Below, piece by piece: positions 58,688 through 64,000 of a DNA stretch of 64,000 nt. The stretch is from a virus. Under the pieces are notes generated by a model that was not told the DNA's origin, ran no database searches, and saw only the letters and a list, made by a program, of their open reading frames with translations. A program made the translations under genes and the position numbers. Location of the stretch: positions 96,001 to 160,000 of the IMG/VR virus record IMGVR_UViG_3300044712_000991. The stretch is one strand, 5' to 3'. Numbering within the stretch: position 1 is the first letter of the stretch; every line of letters starts with the position of its first letter.

Positions 58688-60095
58688 TGCGCACCTCCTC
58701 CTCCTTGTCGAGTACTTCGCGCATCGTGTGCAGGAAGACCATCGCACACGCGGGAACTATGGCGTTCCCGATGGCTTTGACTTGGGCTTGCCTTTCAGGT
58801 ATTCCCTTACCCACGCGGATAAGAAGTTCCCTGTCGGCCACGTCCATCCCAACGGGTAGCCCATCAGCCAGCACTCCCATACGGGGTTCAACTGCCCACC
58901 AATCGGCGGTCGTGTAGCCCCCGCCTCCTGTGGCGCACTCCCCACCGCATCCCTCAACTTGACACCCCACCGCGTGCCTTCCCGATTCTCCCTGTACCAT
59001 CCATGACCATCGTTGGTCGCCCTCACCGCTCCACCTTCGGCATCCGATGCCCTCGGGGTCGGCCACGGAGTCTGATCGACCGTCGTGAGCGCTACGGTGT
59101 CCGCGAGGTTCAGGCTGTGCGAGTTCTGACCGTTCTTGGTCAGCCTCCTCCCCGTGGGGCTCAGCACCGCATCGGGGTGCTCCACTTCCTGCGCCGTTGG
59201 GGTCGGCCACTGCACCTGCTCCGCCAAGCACCCCGGCACCCAGTGCCTCCCGATGGACTCCCTGTAGGCCTTCCTGCGCTCGTACCTCCCCGGTCCCCCC
59301 GCAATCTCCACCACAGTCGGTGTCAGCCACAGCCTCTCGATCACCAGGGCCATCGTGGTCAGCGACAACCGTGTGGGTCGCACCACAGGCACAGGAGTGT
59401 CCGTGAGGATCAGTTCCTCGGGGGATGGCGTACGCCCCACTCTGAATCTCTCCGAGCGCACCGCCTCCGTCGCCCTCGGTGTCCCCACCCAGACGTTCAC
59501 TATCGGTCCCCTGCGAGACCAACGCTTCCCACCAGTCGTCGGGGAGTCCCCGGGTGCCCGTGGGGTTGCACACGATCCAGATGCGGTCTCGTTTGTGGGG
59601 AGCTCCAAGCTGCCACGCGCCGAAACGATGCCATTCCGCATCGTACCCGATTTCGGCCAAGTCAGTGAGGACTCGCTTGAAGAACTGCCCTTTTTCGGAC
59701 GTGAGGAGCCCAGGGACATTTTCAAACAGCGCCCAACGGGGTCGTACGTTGCTAAGGGCTCGGACGCACTCACTCCAGAGATCACGCGTGTCTTCCGAGG
59801 CTTTGCGCTTGCCCGCGAGCGAGTGGGGCTGGCAGGGGAAGCCCCCTGTGATGAGGTTGATTCCGTCGAACCGTTCTTCGGTCCAGTCGATTTTCGTGAT
59901 GTCGCCAAGGCAGATGCTCCCAGGAAAGTTTCGGTGATAGATAGAACACGAGAACTCTTCGATGTCCGCGTGAGCCACGTTACAGTAGCGCTCTCCCCAC
60001 ACAGCACGGGCGGCCACAGAGAAGCCTCCAATGCCCGAGAAGAGGTCGAGGTGTTTGATCCGGTCATCCACAATCGGCAGAGGTGTGAGCATCAT
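58677..60095 (-). CDS. C5-cytosine DNA methyltransferase, alpha chain
   Basis: Motifs I DLFSGIGG, IV GFPCQ, VI ENV, VIII HKRDRIW and X GNAIVP; motif IX absent from this frame. Confidence 0.9.
   Translation of the reverse strand: MMLTPLPIVDDRIKHLDLFSGIGGFSVAARAVWGERYCNVAHADIEEFSCSIYHRNFPGSICLGDITKIDWTEERFDGINLITGGFPCQPHSLAGKRKASEDTRDLWSECVRALSNVRPRWALFENVPGLLTSEKGQFFKRVLTDLAEIGYDAEWHRFGAWQLGAPHKRDRIWIVCNPTGTRGLPDDWWEALVSQGTDSERLGGDTEGDGGGALGEIQSGAYAIPRGTDPHGHSCACGATHTVVADHDGPGDREAVADTDCGGDCGGTGEVRAQEGLQGVHREALGAGVLGGAGAVADPNGAGSGAPRCGAEPHGEEADQERSELAQPEPRGHRSAHDGRSDSVADPEGIGCRRWSGEGDQRWSWMVQGESGRHAVGCQVEGCGGECATGGGGYTTADWWAVEPRMGVLADGLPVGMDVADRELLIRVGKGIPERQAQVKAIGNAIVPACAMVFLHTMREVLDKEEEVRNGL
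58757..60073 (-). CDS. Alternative-frame methyltransferase beta chain (W-x-TP repeats plus motif-IX-like LNPVWECWLMGYP); true start uncertain
   Basis: Open frame across the whole alpha gene; protein-like exactly where the alpha frame looks degenerate. Confidence 0.65.
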   Translation of the reverse strand: MWMTGSNTSTSSRALEASLWPPVLCGESATVTWLTRTSKSSRVLSITETFLGASALATSRKSTGPKNGSTESTSSQGASPASPTRSRASAKPRKTRVISGVSASEPLATYDPVGRCLKMSLGSSRPKKGSSSSESSLTWPKSGTMRNGIVSARGSLELPTNETASGSCATPRAPGDSPTTGGKRWSRRGPIVNVWVGTPRATEAVRSERFRVGRTPSPEELILTDTPVPVVRPTRLSLTTMALVIERLWLTPTVVEIAGGPGRYERRKAYRESIGRHWVPGCLAEQVQWPTPTAQEVEHPDAVLSPTGRRLTKNGQNSHSLNLADTVALTTVDQTPWPTPRASDAEGGAVRATNDGHGWYRENREGTRWGVKLRDAVGSAPQEAGATRPPIGGQLNPVWECWLMGYPLGWTWPTGNFLSAWVREYLKGKPKSKPSGTP

Positions 60096-60893
60096 CCTTT
60101 AAGTGCTCCATTGGGCATAGATGCTCTGTTCGAGAATGTAACAAACCACCCGAAGTCGAACCACCTGGGTCTCTTCCACACGCCCACCACGCGAAGCAGG
60201 AGCCCCGATGTACAGTCGTGTCTGACTGCTATCGCATCGACCTCCACCACATCACCCTTCTTGAGTCGGGGTGAATACGTGTCCTTGAGTGTCATTTTCA
60301 TTGTATGTCCCTCGCCTTTCTCTGCTGGGTTGTACGCTTTCTGTACTCTGCAATCCACACCACGGCGGTGACCACCATGTAGAACCCCGGGACGATGAAC
60401 GTCATGATGGTCGCCACTTCTTTCCAGTCGATGACCACCCAGTACAGGCATAGAAATATGAGGAAGATGGAGGTGGCTATGGCGAACCCGCCCATTGCCC
60501 CCGCCTCGTGTTCGTTTCTCATGCGGGGTCTTCTCCCTTTTTGTCTTCTCGTTTGATGTTCAGCAACAGCCGCTCATACGGGTCATCCTGCACAGGCGCA
60601 GGTACGGGCTCGGTGGGCGTAGATAGCCCCTCCGCCCTCTTAATGGCATCCAGCATAGCGCGGGTCAGTTTGCTAGGCAGTGGCTCACGAACGGCTAGTT
60701 TCAGTAAGGCAAGCATTGCTGGTGCTTCCGCCATCAGCCTCAGGTCGGCTTCCCGCTGCTCCTCATCTCCGTAGCCCGTGTAGTCCTCCTCACCAACGGC
60801 GAGGTCGTACGACATACCGGGGGCTCGCTGACCACGGATGAACATCACGCCGTTGCGCTTACAGAATGTCCAGGGTGTGGGTGAGTGTTTCAT
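60092..60893 (-). CDS. Three hypothetical ORFs (60092-60301, 60298-60522 TM, 60519-60893)
   Basis: Coupled ORFs behind the promoter. Confidence 0.5.
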
Positions 60894-60916
60894 GCTGTGT
60901 TCTCCTTGTGGTGCAC

Positions 60917-60945
60917 AATATACACTATTGAGACTTCAAAGTCAA
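60917..60945 (-). promoter_or_regulatory. sigma70-type early promoter
   Basis: TTGACT-17 bp-TATATT. Confidence 0.8.
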
Positions 60946-60949
60946 GTCC

Positions 60950-61210
60950 TCACTTGACTTTTCTCTTCTTGGGTTCCCCGAGAATGAAGGTCAGTCCGAT
61001 AGTGTTGAGACTGATACCCACAATGGGCGTATCCACCCCCAGATACTTATACGTCTTGAGAAGTTCCTTGACCAACCTCTGCAAGGCCGGTCGCAGAGCA
61101 CAGTTCTTCACCATGGCATCTGTGATGTTGATGTGTGCCCCGCCTATGGTCATTGATCTTGACCGCTCATCCATCGGGGATTTCTTCGCTCGATAAAAAT
61201 CAACGCTCAT
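60950..61210 (-). CDS. Hypothetical protein (86 aa)
   Basis: GAGGAGG RBS. Confidence 0.55.
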   Translation of the reverse strand: MSVDFYRAKKSPMDERSRSMTIGGAHINITDAMVKNCALRPALQRLVKELLKTYKYLGVDTPIVGISLNTIGLTFILGEPKKRKVK

Positions 61211-61239
61211 ATACCCTCCTCGGTTAGTTGTTCAAGTTG

Positions 61240-61314
61240 TGGATGCTGAGGGAGTCGAACCCCCGACCCCCGCCTTGTAAGGGCGGTGCTCTTAACCTAC
61301 TGAGCTAAGCATCC
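61240..61314 (-). tRNA. trnV: tRNA-Val(UAC)
   Basis: GGATGCT/AGCATCC acceptor; CCGCC-CT-TAC-AA-GGCGG anticodon arm. Confidence 0.95.
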
Positions 61315-61318
61315 AATA

Positions 61319-61502
61319 GAAGTACAGTATGTGGCTTCGCCGTTGTGTCGCCAACGGAGCTGGATACGATATCGGAGTCGTTGCTCAATCGCTCTCCGGT
61401 GAGTTTTCCACCACACGGTCAGCGTACGACGGATGCTACTTGTGCTGCGCTGAGAGTCGTACACCTACCTCACACGGTCCGTCCTTGCGGCTACTGTACC
61501 TC
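61319..61502 (-). ncRNA. Unclassified structured RNA candidate (184 nt) between tRNAs
   Basis: 11-bp closing helix GAGGTACAGTA/TACTGTACTTC plus internal hairpins. Confidence 0.5.
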
Positions 61503-61505
61503 TTG

Positions 61506-61579
61506 TGGACCCGCCCCGACTCGAACGGGGGACTACCTGATTATGAGTCAGGTGCTCTAACCAACTGAGCTACGGGTCC
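61506..61579 (-). tRNA. tRNA with CAU anticodon, probably Ile2 (lysidine-modified)
   Basis: CCTGA-CT-CAT-AA-TCAGG arm resembles Ile2 tRNAs; elongator Met not excluded. Confidence 0.85.
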
Positions 61580-61590
61580 AGTACCGACTG

Positions 61591-62005
61591 CTACTTAGCG
61601 AAGTGCTCTCCCAGGGTCTTGCACGCCCACGCGAGCACGAGACACGCGAGGACACCCAAAACTCCAAAGGAGAGCCCCCAATCCTCCCGCCGAATGGTCA
61701 CCACGAGCGCCCAGATGAGACCGATAAAGAAGACCAAGAGGATGCCACCTGCGAGAATGATCTGCCAATCCATTACGTACGCTCCTTTTCTTGTGTACTA
61801 CATACTGCACTCAGTGATACAGCCTATCGATGACCACGTGCACCGCCCACATACATACGACAATCACCGCGAACGCACCGCAGAAGACAGCAAACGTCTT
61901 ATCGTACGATCGCAGGGACTTCACAAGCGCCTCCACAAAGACCCACACCGAAGGCACGAGTACGACTGTAAGAATTGTCACGGCTACCCAAAACTGCCAA
62001 TCCAT
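61591..62005 (-). CDS. Two tandem small membrane proteins (61591-61773, 61811-62005), both starting MDWQ
   Basis: Two hydrophobic helices each; located between tRNAs. Confidence 0.55.
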
Positions 62006-62028
62006 AGCGACCTCCCTCTGAATGTTTG

Positions 62029-62110
62029 TGTCGAGAACAGGACTTGAACCTGCATGGGTCTCCCCAGTGGCTCCTAAGGCCACCGCGTCTGCCAATTCCG
62101 CCATCCCGAC
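62029..62110 (-). tRNA. trnL: tRNA-Leu(UAG)
   Basis: GTGGC-CT-TAG-GA-GCCAC anticodon arm with a variable arm. Confidence 0.95.
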
Positions 62111-62151
62111 ATTGTATCTAGGCTGTTAAGTTCCTTGTGTGCTGTAATGAC

Positions 62152-62898
62152 TCACCAGGCGAAACGTGGGTATTTAGAATTCATGTGTCTCACTTGCTCA
62201 CAAGCGATCATCGCATCGTATTCTTGTTTAGGGATAGTCTTCCAGTTCATAATAGTCACACTACGCGAGGGATTCGTCGTCTCCCGCCACCACTGGAGCG
62301 GATGTACATTCACCACAAAATTCGCATACGCAGGCACGCCATCCGCCCCCGAGATGAACGCTGTCACTAGGTAGTAGGTAGTCTGCGTGACTTCCCGCTG
62401 TTCAACAGACTTGGAGATCGGGCGCTTACGTGGCGATACTTTTTTCATTGTTTCACCTTGTGATGAAATTGGATGTTTGGATATTGATTAGCGCCCTCCG
62501 GCGCTCAACCTTCAGGTACTCCCCGAGCGCGAGCCTCGCGGGTCGGCAACTGTTAATGTGCGCTTGAAAGTTCGCCTCGGGGCGCACCACCCGCTTCTGA
62601 CAGTGGGGGCACTTCGCTACCTGGATGGTGGTCATGCGTGCACAATCTCCCCATCGTTAGGAACCGACCCTGTCTGACGGTAGAAGTCATACTGCGCTTT
62701 CGTTATCTCCTGACAGAACAGTATTGGTGTACTCATGTGACCCGTTGCCCAATCCATGGGATCACTGCTGGTTACAGTAAACCCCACACTCCACCGGCCA
62801 TCGCGGGGGCTACGTCCCACAGTAATGTAGTAGTACTTCTCGGCATCCCCTCCCGCCGAGGAGGGTACAGTACGGTTGGACACTCTCAAGGGGCTCAT
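62152..62898 (-). CDS. Three small hypothetical ORFs (62152-62448, 62453-62635, 62632-62898)
   Basis: Coupled ORFs. Confidence 0.5.
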
Positions 62899-63554
62899 GT
62901 GGTCTCCTTTTTGAACGCTGTGTTACCGATCTTCAGCAGGGTCACCCGTGGTGCCCACTGCTCGGCCATCGCCCTCGCGATGCCAGGGAAGGTCTTCGAC
63001 CTCGCCTTCGCACGTTCTGCGGGCGGGAGTTTCCAGAGGTCGGCGTACCACTTGTCCATCGACTTCCCCGAACCGAAGACCACACGCTCCCCTGGCTCGA
63101 CCACATTTGTGGGCTCCAACAACGGAAGTCCACGGAGCCACAGGCAGGTCTTCTTCGAGTACGGATCACCGAACATGTACGGCTGAATCACTTGGTCGGG
63201 CTTCCGCCACACCCGGGACATGATGCCCACGGGGTTCTCGATAGCCACTCGGGGGCACTTCGATGGGAGGATGGTCGCAAAGCGCATAAAGAAGTCCACG
63301 CCCTGCTGTTGCCGGCCATCCTTGCGCTTCTGTTCGAACCACGCAGCGCCCGAGACCGCGAGGTGCGTACACGGGGGAAAGGCGATGATCATATCCCACT
63401 GCTGATCGAGCAGGGGGAGGACATCCTGCTCCAAGTGCCACTCGGGGTGCGCCCCCGAGCAGGGGAGAATATCACAGGAGTACGCTTCATGCCCGAGCGC
63501 ACGGAGTTCTGTCGTCACCGCCTGAGACTCTTCACACGCAACTAACACCCTCAT
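62895..63554 (-). CDS. Phage C5-methyltransferase-like protein
   Basis: VLVACEESQ (motif I-like), FPPCT (catalytic PC), IENP, QPY.FG, KKTCLW and RSKTFPGIA motifs. Confidence 0.75.
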   Translation of the reverse strand: MRVLVACEESQAVTTELRALGHEAYSCDILPCSGAHPEWHLEQDVLPLLDQQWDMIIAFPPCTHLAVSGAAWFEQKRKDGRQQQGVDFFMRFATILPSKCPRVAIENPVGIMSRVWRKPDQVIQPYMFGDPYSKKTCLWLRGLPLLEPTNVVEPGERVVFGSGKSMDKWYADLWKLPPAERAKARSKTFPGIARAMAEQWAPRVTLLKIGNTAFKKETT

Positions 63555-63577
63555 CTGTCCTCCTAAAAGTTACCCCT

Positions 63578-63606
63578 AATATACACACTCCGTTCGTGAT
63601 TGTCAA
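63578..63606 (-). promoter_or_regulatory. sigma70-type early promoter
   Basis: TTGACA-17 bp-TATATT. Confidence 0.75.
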
Positions 63607-63626
63607 CACCCCTTGAAAATAATGTT

Positions 63627-64000
63627 CTACCCCCATTGAGAAGCCATGGCCTTTGCGACACCCTCGAAGGTCTTGCTTGCTGTTTTCGCATCATGAGCCA
63701 CGCCTCTACTCCCACCCCGCCCTCTAGCGAAGCCCCCCGTGTTGCTTGGTAAGTACGGTGTGAACTCCTTGACGACCTTCGTCGGAACAAGGGAGGGCAG
63801 TCCTTTGAGCCACAACAGCGTACGTTTTGAATACGGGTGACCAAATTGATACGGCTGTATGACCTGTGTTGGCTCAGGAAGCCCGATGATCTTCAATGGT
63901 GTTGGATTCTCTATGGCCACCCTGGGGCACCCACTACGGTAGAACATCATGAAAAACTCTTTTGCTTCCAACGCTTTTGCTAGACGCGCCTCATCCACAT
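63627..64000 (-). CDS. Second C5-methyltransferase-like paralogue (5' part outside the window)
   Basis: IENP, QPYQFG, KRTLLW and SKTFEGVAKAMA motifs parallel 62895-63554. Confidence 0.7.
   Translation of the reverse strand, partial: VDEARLAKALEAKEFFMMFYRSGCPRVAIENPTPLKIIGLPEPTQVIQPYQFGHPYSKRTLLWLKGLPSLVPTKVVKEFTPYLPSNTGGFARGRGGSRGVAHDAKTASKTFEGVAKAMASQWG

Noticed and set aside
1-64000. Alternative genetic code (stop-codon reassignment)
   Set aside because: Recognisable genes are uninterrupted in code 11, all three stops are used, and no suppressor (CUA/UCA) tRNA was found.
1-64000. rRNA genes, integrase, transposases
   Set aside because: No supporting motifs were seen.

Overview
This window is a 64-kb segment of a large tailed dsDNA phage. 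Essentially every gene is on the minus strand, and I saw no evidence of codon reassignment. Region 1-14.1 kb is a structural module: a 2030-aa repetitive tail fibre, a holin, a signal-peptide-bearing beta-helix protein, a head-tail adaptor, an HK97-fold major capsid protein, a decoration protein and a scaffold. Region 14.2-64 kb is accessory/early. It is divided by 19 near-identical sigma70-type promoters (TTGAC(T/A)-17 bp-TAT(A/C)TT) and carries 8 tRNAs, a tmRNA, a peptide deformylase fused to a SEC-C motif, a split polynucleotide kinase/phosphatase, a PIF1 helicase, a DEDDh exonuclease, three C5-methyltransferase-like genes and many small ORFs. A protein with an Ignavibacteria-style T9SS C-terminal domain, together with canonical sigma70 promoters and Shine-Dalgarno use, points to a non-Bacteroidia FCB-group host (inference). 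The most striking system is at 39.8-41.0 kb: a solitary RAMP/Cas7-like gene next to a non-coding five-unit array. Each unit is 12-16 NN-GGY-type pentamers closed by a conserved CATTAGGTAC motif, and a further short pentamer run lies in the gene's 5' leader. This suggests an RNA-guided system with a gapped dinucleotide code and resembles VIPR systems as I recall them. Three orphan structured ncRNA candidates (31.4-31.7, 37.06-37.28 and 61.32-61.50 kb) and a dual-frame methyltransferase are also notable. All family assignments come from motif recognition by eye; no database searches were run.
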